This document shows positions 1 to 8,245 of a stretch of DNA of 26,658 bases, one piece after another. Below the pieces are notes generated by a model, which saw nothing but the letters and a program-made list of their open reading frames with translations, did not search any database and had not been told where the DNA came from. A program made the position numbers and the translations under genes. The stretch is from a virus (taxonomy: Duplodnaviria > Caudoviricetes). Within the stretch, counting starts at the first letter, position 1; each line of letters starts with the position of its first letter. The stretch is from IMG/VR virus record IMGVR_UViG_3300030737_000039, positions 1 through 26,658 of that record. The stretch is one strand, 5' to 3'.

Positions 1-1
1 C

Positions 2-973
2 AATCTCGCGATGGATGCTCAGCCGCAACTCGTGACGGCGCCGAACTCAGGAATCCCGGCGTATCTGACGTACTTCCTCGACCCGGATATTCTGCGCGTT
101 GCAACCGCAGAACTGGAAGCCGCAAACATTTTCGGCGAGCTGCAAAAAGGCGACTGGACCAGCTCGGAACTGATCTTCCCGGTTGTGGAGCGGACATACG
201 AGGTGAGTTCGTATGGAGACTTCGTTGAAAACGGTCGCTCGGGTATCAACACGAACTTCCCGTCGCGCCAGCCGTATCTCTTCCAAGTGATGGCGGAGTA
301 TGGCGATTTGGAAATCGAAAAAGTTGGCCTGGCAAAGATCGGCTTTGTTTCGGAACAGAAAGAGGCTGCTATTTACGGCTTGAATCAGTACACGAACCTG
401 ACGTATTTCAAGGGCGTGGCTGGACTAGCCAACTACGGTGCGCTCAACGACCCCTCGCTTTACCCGGCGATCGCGCCGATCCCTAAAGCGAATGGCGGCA
501 TCGCCTGGCTTAACGGCACGTCGATCAACGCAAGTGCAAACGAGATCTTCTCGGACATCCAGGCGGTTGTGATTCAGTCGATCAACCAGTCGTCGGGGCA
601 GATCAACACGAAGTCGAAATTTGTTTTGAACATGTCGCCGCGCAGCGAAGGCGCGATGACCGCGACCAACTCGTTCAATGTGAATGTTGCGGCGCTGTTG
701 AAGCTCAACTTTCCGAACCTCGAAGTCAAGACCGCCATGCAGTATGGCGCGCTGACCGCGCAGAATCCGCAGGGTTCGGCATTGGGCGAGATCGTTCAGT
801 TGTGGGCTCCGGAAGCTGGCGGCCAAAAGTCTGGCTACTGCGCTTTCAATACCAAGCTTCGCGCAGGCCCGGTTATCAGAGCCACCAGCTCCTATAAACA
901 AAAATTAATGCAAGGAACGGCTGGATTTGTAATGAGGCAGCCATTTGCGATGTCGCAACTTATAGGTGTTTGA
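2..973 (+). CDS. Major capsid protein (DUF2184-like), probably 5'-truncated by the window edge
   Basis: Frame is open to the window start (N-L-A-MDAQPQLVT...). Motifs 'NSGIPAYLT..LDP', 'KGDWT', 'SSYGDF', 'YGALNDP' match my recollection of Bcep781-like capsid proteins; lies directly before the neck genes. Confidence 0.85.
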   Translation, partial: NLAMDAQPQLVTAPNSGIPAYLTYFLDPDILRVATAELEAANIFGELQKGDWTSSELIFPVVERTYEVSSYGDFVENGRSGINTNFPSRQPYLFQVMAEYGDLEIEKVGLAKIGFVSEQKEAAIYGLNQYTNLTYFKGVAGLANYGALNDPSLYPAIAPIPKANGGIAWLNGTSINASANEIFSDIQAVVIQSINQSSGQINTKSKFVLNMSPRSEGAMTATNSFNVNVAALLKLNFPNLEVKTAMQYGALTAQNPQGSALGEIVQLWAPEAGGQKSGYCAFNTKLRAGPVIRATSSYKQKLMQGTAGFVMRQPFAMSQLIGV

Positions 974-988
974 TGTAAGATTGCAGAG

Positions 989-1076
989 CACGCCTAGGCT
1001 TAGCGGCCGAAAACCCCTTGAACAAGGGCTGGCGTGTCATCTCTCGTTCGATAATCCTCCGTTCAAGGATTGAACC
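989..1076 (+). promoter_or_regulatory. Structured 5' leader (three-way junction, copy 1) upstream of the HNH gene
   Basis: P1 CACGCC 989-994/GGCGTG 1031-1036; P2 GGC 997-999/GCC 1006-1008; GAAAA; P3 CCCTTG 1015-1020/CAAGGG 1023-1028. CCTTGAAC (1016-1023) is complementary to GTTCAAGG (1061-1068), which overlaps the SD. Confidence 0.6.
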
Positions 1077-1904
1077 ATGATTACCAAATTCTGCCGCAAG
1101 TGCGGCGTAGAGCAGTCTATTTCGGCATTTTCAGCGCACCGAAGAAGTGCTGACGGGCTAGATTCTCGATGCAAAATGTGTATCCGGCTTCGTGACACGG
1201 AGCGGCGCGCGAAAAGTGCCTCAGCAGCCAGAGCAGCGGCCGCACAAGCCAAGTTTGATGACAAGATGACGCGCGGGGTGAAATGGTGTCATGCCTGTTC
1301 CTCGGAAAAGACTCGCGAGTCTTTTGCTGTGCAGAAGCGCACTAAGGATGGCCTGCAATCTATGTGCAAGGCATGCCGCGCCTCCCACTACGCGGAGAAT
1401 TCCAAGCGCATTCTAGCTAATCAATCCCAGTATTACGTATTGAATGCAGATAGGATAAAGGCCAGAGAGGCCGCCCGATATGCATCTGATCCGGATAGGA
1501 TTAAAGATCGTGTAAAGCAGTACTACCTCAAAAACACTGACGCAAAAAAGGCATACAACGCCGTCTATAGCATGCAATTCAGGGCGCACAACCGCGAGAA
1601 GATCAAGGCTTGGCGGGATGCGTGGCGCGCAGCTAATCCGCATAAATACAATGCCTATTGGATGAAGAGGAAGGCAGCTAAGCTGCGCGCCACGCCAATT
1701 TGGGCGGACGATCAAAAAATAGAAGAGTTCTACTTCGCTGCAGATTTCCTTGGAATGATTACTGGCATATGGCATGAAGTGGATCACGTCGTGCCGCTGC
1801 AAGGGAAAATCGTATGCGGCTTGCATGTCCATACTAATATGCAAATCCTGACGCGGTCCGCGAATCGCAGCAAAGGCCACCTCCAATGGCCTGATATGCC
1901 GTAA
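1077..1904 (+). CDS. Free-standing HNH endonuclease with two N-terminal Zn-finger-like repeats
   Basis: Two CxxC...DGLxSxCKxC repeats, a basic helical linker, and C-terminal 'HEVDHVVPLQGKIVCGLHVHTNMQILTRSANRSK' HNH motif; SD AAGGA. Confidence 0.9.
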   Translation: MITKFCRKCGVEQSISAFSAHRRSADGLDSRCKMCIRLRDTERRAKSASAARAAAAQAKFDDKMTRGVKWCHACSSEKTRESFAVQKRTKDGLQSMCKACRASHYAENSKRILANQSQYYVLNADRIKAREAARYASDPDRIKDRVKQYYLKNTDAKKAYNAVYSMQFRAHNREKIKAWRDAWRAANPHKYNAYWMKRKAAKLRATPIWADDQKIEEFYFAADFLGMITGIWHEVDHVVPLQGKIVCGLHVHTNMQILTRSANRSKGHLQWPDMP

Positions 1905-1924
1905 CGCGCAGAAAACCGAACACC

Positions 1925-1948
1925 AAGCCACCTAAGGGTGGCTTTTTT
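1925..1948 (+). terminator. Rho-independent terminator
   Basis: AAGCCACC-TAAG-GGTGGCTT followed by a T tract. Confidence 0.85.
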
Positions 1949-1965
1949 ATTGCCCAGAGTTTTAC

Positions 1966-2058
1966 CCACGCGCATAGGGTAGCACCCGAAACGTCGGCCT
2001 GACCGTACCGGCTGGCGCGTGGTCCTATTTTAACGGTCTCATATTTCAAGGCGGTCAC
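1966..2058 (+). promoter_or_regulatory. Structured 5' leader (three-way junction, copy 2) upstream of the 2059 ORF
   Basis: P1 CCACGCGC 1966-1973/GCGCGTGG 2015-2022; P2 GGGT/ACCC; GAAA; P3 GTCGG 1993-1997/CCGGC 2008-2012. Loop (T)GACCGT is complementary to ACGGTC 2033-2038 and GCGGTCA 2051-2057, next to the ATG. Confidence 0.6.
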
Positions 2059-2538
2059 ATGGCTGGCGACACACTTACGATTAAGAAGCACAACGACTCA
2101 CCGTCCAACGCGACCGTCACCGTCGCATCGAAGTTTCCGATGGATTTCATCCTCCGGCTTCACGACTTCCAGAAGAAGTTTGAGCCGGTGATGGGCGGCG
2201 GATCGCGCGAGTACACGATCGCTGTACCACGTCGCGGCGCCAAAGCGTTTGTCATTCAGGGCAACTCGTTCGCCCAGAACAAGGGTGCCCATCAGCAGAT
2301 CGTCGCCGGCTATGCCTTCACGCACGACATCCCGAAAGCATTCTGGGACGAGTGGGTCGAGCAAAACAAAGACGCCGACTTCATCGTCAACAAGATGCTG
2401 TTTGCTCATTCCGAATCGGCCAGCACCGTATCTCAGTCGAAAGAGATGGAAGCCGAGAAATCAGGCCTTGAACGTATGGACCCGAAGGAAATCTATAAGC
2501 ATGGGCTGGAAACGGCAAGCGAACGTCGGGCCTCCTGA
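2059..2538 (+). CDS. Conserved phage hypothetical protein following the capsid gene (probably virion/head associated)
   Basis: GC3-rich ORF with 'TVTVASKFP', 'IPKAFWDEWVEQNKD', 'EKSGLERMDP' motifs typical of the post-capsid gene in this phage group; synteny. Confidence 0.7.
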   Translation: MAGDTLTIKKHNDSPSNATVTVASKFPMDFILRLHDFQKKFEPVMGGGSREYTIAVPRRGAKAFVIQGNSFAQNKGAHQQIVAGYAFTHDIPKAFWDEWVEQNKDADFIVNKMLFAHSESASTVSQSKEMEAEKSGLERMDPKEIYKHGLETASERRAS

Positions 2539-2540
2539 TC

Positions 2541-3005
2541 ATGTCCTGCGTCTACGGCGGCATCGTCACCTTTTCATACGAGGACTGGAGCGCGGCATAT
2601 CCGGAACTTTCGAATTACGTGTTCCAGCCGCAGGCGCAGCAGTATTTCAACCAGGCTCAGCTTTACTGCGACAACACGCCGCGCAGTCCGATCACGGATA
2701 GCAGCGTGGGCGGCCAGCGTGAGACGTTACTTAATATGCTCACCGCTCATATCGCTGCATTGAATGCTCCGCTCAATGGGCAACCGTCATCTCCATTGGT
2801 TGGCCGTATCAGCAACGCCACACAGGGCAGCGTGAGCGTCGCCACGCAATACGATCAGCCGGCTGGCTCGGCGCAATGGTTTTCTCAGACAAAATATGGG
2901 GCTGCGTATTGGGCCGCCACTGCGCAATTCCGCTCTATGACCTACGTGCCCGGCTATGCGCCCTTCAACAACCGGCGTGGCTTCGGCAATCCTTGGGGTG
3001 GGTGA
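2541..3005 (+). CDS. Head-tail connector/adaptor protein (DUF4054-like)
   Basis: 'YPEL', 'LLNMLTAHIAAL', 'VGRISNATQGSVSV', 'WFSQTKYGAAYW' motifs; position. Confidence 0.85.
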   Translation: MSCVYGGIVTFSYEDWSAAYPELSNYVFQPQAQQYFNQAQLYCDNTPRSPITDSSVGGQRETLLNMLTAHIAALNAPLNGQPSSPLVGRISNATQGSVSVATQYDQPAGSAQWFSQTKYGAAYWAATAQFRSMTYVPGYAPFNNRRGFGNPWGG

Positions 3006-3589
3006 TGGCAGTCAAGGGCGGCGACAAACTCAGGGCGAAGCTCGAAGAAATCGCCAAGATGGCCAGCAAGTCCGATGTGGTCAATGTCGGCTTTCTCGCC
3101 GGCGCGACTTACCCGGAGAGTGAAGGCGGCTTGCCTGTAGCCGCTGTCGCTGTCATTCAGGAATACGGCGGCACGATCAATGTCCCGGAACATACGACGA
3201 CGATCAATCGCAATATCACAGCCTCAGGTGATTTCAAGAACGGCGGCAGATTTGCCAAAGCATCAAACGCCAATTTCCAGTCTCGGCACATTGTTCCCGC
3301 ACACACGATCACCATTCCGGCTCGCCCATTCTTCCGCGGCATGATCGCGGCGAATAAAGGTGACTGGGGTCCGCAGCTTGGAAAAATCATTAAGGCTGCC
3401 GACTACGATTCATCCTTGGCATTGGGTCGGATGGGCGAAAACATCAAGGGCCAGTTGCAGCAGTCGATCCGGGATATGAAAAGTCCCGGGAACGCAGATT
3501 CGACCATTGCAAAAAAAGGGTTCGATGACCCGCTGATTGATACGGGGCACATGATGAACTCGGTAGATTACGAAGTTAAAGAATCCTAA
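3005..3589 (+). CDS. Neck/tail-completion (virion morphogenesis) protein
   Basis: Start reassigned to the ATG at 3005 (TGATG coupling). Motifs 'VGF...ATYP', 'QEYG', 'IPARPFFR', 'NADSTIAKKGFDDPLIDTGHMMNSV'. Confidence 0.8.
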   Translation: MAVKGGDKLRAKLEEIAKMASKSDVVNVGFLAGATYPESEGGLPVAAVAVIQEYGGTINVPEHTTTINRNITASGDFKNGGRFAKASNANFQSRHIVPAHTITIPARPFFRGMIAANKGDWGPQLGKIIKAADYDSSLALGRMGENIKGQLQQSIRDMKSPGNADSTIAKKGFDDPLIDTGHMMNSVDYEVKES

Positions 3590-3600
3590 AGGAGTTTCCA

Positions 3601-4221
3601 GTGCTTACCGTTTTCAGTTCCACCCTCGGCGACGTTCAAATTCCCTTTTCTCCCACTGGCGCGCAGTTGTCTTCCGCTGGTTTGCAGGGCGGACAAGCGT
3701 CTCCGTTCGTTCGCACCTGCGGTAACGCAAGCGTTCAGGTCAGCGCGGCCGGCCTGGGTAACGCTGCCGCCACAACTGACACGGTGCTGTTCACCTATGC
3801 GTTGCCAGCCAGTGCATTCGATGTAGCCGGACGTCAGGCAACGATCACCGCTGCCGGCTCATTTGCCGCGAACGCGAACAACAAGCGCGTCAAAATCTGG
3901 TGGGGCACCACGACGCAAACCGTGGGCGCTGTTGTCGCCGGCGGTACGCTGATCGCTGACTCGGGTGTTGTCACGACCAATGCAGGCGGCTGGGCAGCGA
4001 GCGTGCAGGTCCAAAAGTATGGTGCTACCGGTTCCAACACACAGATCGCGACGTGCGCGTTGATGGCTGCAGGTTCCACGCATCTCGGTACGTCTGCTCC
4101 GGTAGCGCTGACTGCTGCCGAGAATGCCGTGATCAATATCACACTCACAGGCGCGAGCTCGACGACGGGCGCGGCCAATGACGTGCTCGGTCAGATGCTC
4201 GACATCGCGTTCAACAATTAA
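3601..4221 (+). CDS. Hypothetical beta-rich virion (decoration-like) protein
   Basis: Strong SD AAAGGAG before GTG; A/G/T/S-rich beta-strand composition; sits within the neck operon. Function not recognised. Confidence 0.6.
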   Translation: MLTVFSSTLGDVQIPFSPTGAQLSSAGLQGGQASPFVRTCGNASVQVSAAGLGNAAATTDTVLFTYALPASAFDVAGRQATITAAGSFAANANNKRVKIWWGTTTQTVGAVVAGGTLIADSGVVTTNAGGWAASVQVQKYGATGSNTQIATCALMAAGSTHLGTSAPVALTAAENAVINITLTGASSTTGAANDVLGQMLDIAFNN

Positions 4222-4224
4222 GCC

Positions 4225-4608
4225 ATGAACCTGAACGCGGTCGCCGGTCCGATATGCGCTGCGGTGAATGATTGGGTCACCGCGTGGATGCAACAGTCGC
4301 AGGGCTATACGACCAACCTTGACGGTTCTCGAGTTCCCGCCTATGGCCCATTGACGCCGATGACGGTGCAGATCCAAGCGTTGCAATACAACGATTTGAT
4401 GCAGGTCAGTGGGCTGAATATCACCGGCATCCGCCATGCGATGTATATCAATGGCTCGTGGGAAGCGGTGGTTCGGTCTCAGCAAGAGGGCGGTGATCTG
4501 GTGACGTTGGCCGATGGTAGCGTCTGGCTGATAGTGTTCCTGTTCGAGAACTGGGCGCGCACTGGTGGGTGGAGCAAGGTTTGTATAACGCTACAAGATA
4601 ACTCATGA
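4225..4608 (+). CDS. Head-closure / head-tail joining protein
   Basis: 'SQGYTT..DGSRVPAY', 'QIQAL', 'GGDLV', 'ENW...WSKV' motifs; overlaps the next gene; synteny. Confidence 0.75.
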   Translation: MNLNAVAGPICAAVNDWVTAWMQQSQGYTTNLDGSRVPAYGPLTPMTVQIQALQYNDLMQVSGLNITGIRHAMYINGSWEAVVRSQQEGGDLVTLADGSVWLIVFLFENWARTGGWSKVCITLQDNS

Positions 4609-5330
4609 GCGTCGCACTTTCATTCACCGAATCGCAGACGTTCGCGGCTCTTCGATCATTCCTGTTGTCGATCCTCCCCGCCGGCATTGAGGTCGTACGA
4701 GGCCAGGACAACCGTGTGCCGGAACCCGAAGGTAGTGATTTTGTGGTGATGACGCCAATCTTAAGAGAGAGGCTTGAGACGAACGTCGACACTTATTCCG
4801 ATACGGCCTTCATCGGGTCGATTTCTGGGGCCACGCTGACGGTTACGTCGGTCAGCCTCGGCGCGATTGCGGCGGGCGCGCAGTTGCTTGGAAACAATCT
4901 TGCTGGCAATACCGTAGTGACTGCGCTCGGGACGGGTGCTGGTGGCATCGGTACTTACACCGTTTCGCCGTCACAGGCAGTCGCAAGTCAAGTCATTGCG
5001 GCGGGCACACAGATGCTGCTGCAACCGACCAAAGTAACGATTCAGTTGGATGTTCACGGGCCAAATTCCGGGGACAACACGCAGATTATCTCGACGACAT
5101 GGCGCGATGAATATGCGGTCGACCAATTCGCAACATCTGGGGTCGATGTAACGCCTCTGTACGCGAGTGAGCCGCGGCAAGTCCCGTTTATGAACGCGGA
5201 ACAGCAGTTCGAGAATCGTTGGACGATCGATGTCGTCATGCAAGCGAATCAGGTCGTTACCGTGCCGCAGCAGTTCGCCTCGGCGCTGAATGTCGAACTC
5301 ATCGAAGTCGATGCGACTTATCCGCCCTAA
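4605..5330 (+). CDS. Tail terminator / neck protein with an inserted beta-rich domain
   Basis: 'VVRGQDNRVPEP', 'IQLDVHGP', 'PLYASEPRQ.PF.NAEQQFENRW'; immediately precedes the sheath. Insert at 4803-5006. Confidence 0.8.
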   Translation: MSVALSFTESQTFAALRSFLLSILPAGIEVVRGQDNRVPEPEGSDFVVMTPILRERLETNVDTYSDTAFIGSISGATLTVTSVSLGAIAAGAQLLGNNLAGNTVVTALGTGAGGIGTYTVSPSQAVASQVIAAGTQMLLQPTKVTIQLDVHGPNSGDNTQIISTTWRDEYAVDQFATSGVDVTPLYASEPRQVPFMNAEQQFENRWTIDVVMQANQVVTVPQQFASALNVELIEVDATYPP

Positions 5331-5352
5331 GTAAGTTTCGCCCCATCAAATC

Positions 5353-5407
5353 AACCCGGCCGAGTGCCGGGTTTTTCGTTTCTAGAGCCCGCCGAGTGCG
5401 GGTTTTT
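5353..5407 (+). terminator. Two tandem near-duplicate terminator hairpins
   Basis: AACCCGGC-CGAGT-GCCGGGTTTTT (5353-5376) and AGCCCGC-CGAGT-GCGGGTTTTT (5386-5407), with identical loops. Confidence 0.8.
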
Positions 5408-5421
5408 CATTTGGAGCCGCA

Positions 5422-7359
5422 ATGCCGAGTATTCCCGCGTCACAAATAGTTGGCGTAAATCCGAGCGTCATCGGCGCTGGCGGTTCGGCGCTGCAATTGA
5501 TCGGACTTTGCTTGACCAATGGTACGCGCACGCCGATTGGTACCGTGCCGTCGTTTCCGGCTGCCGCGTCCGTGTCGAGCTATTACGGCCCGGCATCGCC
5601 CGAAGCTGCTGCTGCTGCGATCTACTTCGCCGGTTATCAGGGTTCAAGCGTGCTCCCGGCGGCGATGCTGTTCGCGCAATACAACCAGTCAGCAGTTTCC
5701 GCTTATCTGCGCGGCGGCTCGCTTTCCCTGACTCTCGCGCAATTGCAGGCTTTGTCCGGCACCTTGACGGTGACGGTGGAAGGTGTTGCCAAGACCAGCA
5801 GCACGATCAACCTCTCGGCGGCGACCAGCTTCTCGAATGCGGCCGGCCTGATCCAGACCGGTTTCGCGGCGTACGACGCTGTGACCGCGGCGACCACGAC
5901 CATTGCAGCAGGTACGGCGACCAGCGTCACCGGCTCGATTACGGGCTACACGCTGACGGTTACGGCCGTTAGCACGGGCGCTCTGGTAGTGGGTGGTGTT
6001 CTGTCCGGCACTGGAGTGACCGCCGGGACGACCATCACGGGTCAATTGACCGGCACGACGGGTGGCATCGGCACCTATACGGTATCCGCCAACCAGACCG
6101 TTGCGTCGACCGCAGTCACGCAGAGCTACGGTCTGATGACGGTTGCGACCGTTTCAAGCGGCACGCTGGCTGTTGGTCAGGTCATCAGCGGCGGCACGAT
6201 CGTCGCAGGCACTACCATCACGGCGCTCGGCACCGGTACGGGTCAGGCAGGTACGTACATCACCAGCGGCGGCGCACAGACCGTCTCTGCAACGGCTGTT
6301 AGCGCCGGTCCTTTGACTTGTGCATACGACAGCGTGTCGAGCGCGTTCGTCCTGACGGGCGGCACGCCGGGCACCGCCGGCACGATCGGGTTCGCGACGG
6401 GCTCGCTGTCGGCTTCGCTGAATCTCACCTCTGCGACAGGCGCAGTGACTTCGCAGGGCGCGGCTCCTGCTGTACCGGCCACGTTCATGCCGGCGATCGT
6501 CGCGCAGACGACCAACTGGGCCACGTTCTTCACGATCTTCGATCCGGACAACGGGTATGGCAACGCGACGAAATATCTGTTCTCGCAGTGGGTCGGCACC
6601 ACGAACGACGAATTCAAATATGTCTGTGAAGACACCGACGTTACGCCGACTGCATCGAACAATGCGGCGGCGTCGCTGGGGCAACTGATCAAGGCCGCCG
6701 GCATCTCCGGCGTGGTATTGGAGTGGGTGCCGACGATCCCTTACGGGCTGGCTGCATTCGAGGCAGGCGCGGTTGCGTCGATCAACTTCAATGCGACGAA
6801 CGGCGAAGCGACGCTCGCGTTCAAGTCTCAATCTGGTCTGGTTGCAACGGTGACGAATGCGACGGTCGCGGCTAACCTGATCGCGAACGGCTATAACTAC
6901 TACGGCAGTTACGCCACAGCAAACCAGCAATTCACGTTCCACTATCCCGGCTCTATCTCGGGTCCGTTCAAGTGGATTGATGCGTATGTCGGCCAGATTT
7001 ATCTCAACAGCCAGTTCCAGTTGTCGGTGATGACGTTGCTCACGACGGTGGGCTCCATCCCGTACAACGCTGCTGGCTATGCGTTGATCTACGCCGCGAT
7101 GCAGACCCCGATCGCGCAGTTGACGAACTTCGGTTTGATCACTCCTGGCACTTCGCTGTCAGCGCTGCAGATTGCGGAAGTGAACAACGCCGCCGGTCTG
7201 AGCATCGCGAACGTCCTGCAAGCGCAGGGGTGGTACCTGCAGATTACGCCGGCCACTGCGCAGATTCGCGGCGCGCGCACATCGCCGGGTATTAACTTCT
7301 GGTACTGCCAGGGCGGATCCGTGCAGTTGGTCCAAATCGCATCAATTGAGGTTCAATAA
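5422..7359 (+). CDS. Contractile tail sheath protein (DUF3383-like)
   Basis: '[19 protein letters not shown]', 'NWATF', '[16 protein letters not shown]', 'SIPYN..G', 'GWYLQI', '[10 protein letters not shown]'; 645 aa including beta-domain inserts. Confidence 0.92.
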   Translation: MPSIPASQIVGVNPSVIGAGGSALQLIGLCLTNGTRTPIGTVPSFPAAASVSSYYGPASPEAAAAAIYFAGYQGSSVLPAAMLFAQYNQSAVSAYLRGGSLSLTLAQLQALSGTLTVTVEGVAKTSSTINLSAATSFSNAAGLIQTGFAAYDAVTAATTTIAAGTATSVTGSITGYTLTVTAVSTGALVVGGVLSGTGVTAGTTITGQLTGTTGGIGTYTVSANQTVASTAVTQSYGLMTVATVSSGTLAVGQVISGGTIVAGTTITALGTGTGQAGTYITSGGAQTVSATAVSAGPLTCAYDSVSSAFVLTGGTPGTAGTIGFATGSLSASLNLTSATGAVTSQGAAPAVPATFMPAIVAQTTNWATFFTIFDPDNGYGNATKYLFSQWVGTTNDEFKYVCEDTDVTPTASNNAAASLGQLIKAAGISGVVLEWVPTIPYGLAAFEAGAVASINFNATNGEATLAFKSQSGLVATVTNATVAANLIANGYNYYGSYATANQQFTFHYPGSISGPFKWIDAYVGQIYLNSQFQLSVMTLLTTVGSIPYNAAGYALIYAAMQTPIAQLTNFGLITPGTSLSALQIAEVNNAAGLSIANVLQAQGWYLQITPATAQIRGARTSPGINFWYCQGGSVQLVQIASIEVQ

Positions 7360-7793
7360 TGGCCGATATCACGTCCGCAAATTCAATTTTGGCCCTTGGG
7401 GTTACCAACTTTTACCCTGCCCCGCAAACGCTATCCGGGTTTGCAGCCGACGACATGTATTCGATGGCGAACGTCGACATCAAGGAGGTGTTGCTTGGTG
7501 CCGATGGCCGTCTGTCGGCCGGTTGGATTCCGCAGATCAAGGTCTTGGAGATCATGTTGCAGGCCGACAGTCCAAGCACAACTTTCTTCGAAGCGGTCTA
7601 TGCGGCAGAACAAGCCGCGCAGGCGCCGTTCTTCTTCTTTGGCTCCCTTATTCAACCAGCGGTCAAGAAGCTTTACACGCTCGGTAATGGCGTGATGAAG
7701 AACTATTCGCCCCTTGCGGACGGCAAGAAAGTCCTTCAGCCGCGGAAGTTTGAGATTCACTTCCAAAGCGTTATCGGAGCGCCGACGCCATGA
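7359..7793 (+). CDS. Tail tube protein
   Basis: 'ITSANS', 'LSGFAADD', 'GADGRLSAGW', 'LQADSPS', 'KKVLQP'; coupled (TAATG) to the sheath gene. Confidence 0.88.
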   Translation: MADITSANSILALGVTNFYPAPQTLSGFAADDMYSMANVDIKEVLLGADGRLSAGWIPQIKVLEIMLQADSPSTTFFEAVYAAEQAAQAPFFFFGSLIQPAVKKLYTLGNGVMKNYSPLADGKKVLQPRKFEIHFQSVIGAPTP

Positions 7794-8245
7794 GAAAAAC
7801 CAAAACGCTCGTGATCGAATCGGCGGGTCGCGATCACGGCAAGATGTTCCACATTACCGAGCTCCCGGCATCGCAGAGCGAAGCATGGGCGACGCGCGCC
7901 TTGTTCGTCATGATGAATTGCGGCGTCGAGATCCCGGACGATCTTCTGTCGGCTGGTCTCGCGGGCATCGCCGCCATCGGCATCAAGTCGTTGTCGAAGG
8001 TGCCGTATGAACTGGCCAAACCGCTCTTTGACGAGATGATGGATTGCATCGCGATTGTTCCTGATCCGAGGCAACCGCTTGTCAAGCGCGGGTATGGCGG
8101 TGTCGGCCCGATCATCGAGGATGACATCGAGGAAGTGTCGACGCGGCTGCAACTACGGAAGGCTGTGCTCGAATTGCACCTTGATTTTTTTCTAGCCGCC
8201 GCCCGCTCAAAATCAGACGAGGCGGCAGCAGCGACGAAGGCCTGA
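7790..8245 (+). CDS. Tail assembly chaperone (gpG-like)
   Basis: Between tube and tape measure; 'GRDHGKMFHITELPASQSEAWA', 'DDIEEVSTRLQLR..V.ELH.DFF'. Confidence 0.85.
   Translation: MRKTKTLVIESAGRDHGKMFHITELPASQSEAWATRALFVMMNCGVEIPDDLLSAGLAGIAAIGIKSLSKVPYELAKPLFDEMMDCIAIVPDPRQPLVKRGYGGVGPIIEDDIEEVSTRLQLRKAVLELHLDFFLAAARSKSDEAAAATKA
8185..8191 (+). promoter_or_regulatory. -1 ribosomal frameshift slippery heptamer T TTT TTT
   Basis: GAT TTT TTT CTA in the chaperone frame; the -1 frame is open for 73 codons to TAG 8410-8412. Confidence 0.75.

Noticed and set aside
989-1036. Hammerhead ribozyme or tRNA interpretation of the three-way junction (also 1966-2022)
   Set aside because: Stem-GAAA-stem is present but the CUGANGA core is missing. 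No T-loop (TTCRA), anticodon arm or cloverleaf for a tRNA.
2876-3004. Upstream extensions in the ORF track (2876, 11379, 12358, 24746 starts; 8767 on minus)
   Set aside because: They overlap neighbouring genes or lack an SD. Coupled or SD-supported starts exist at 3005, 11562, 12415, 24863 and 8740.
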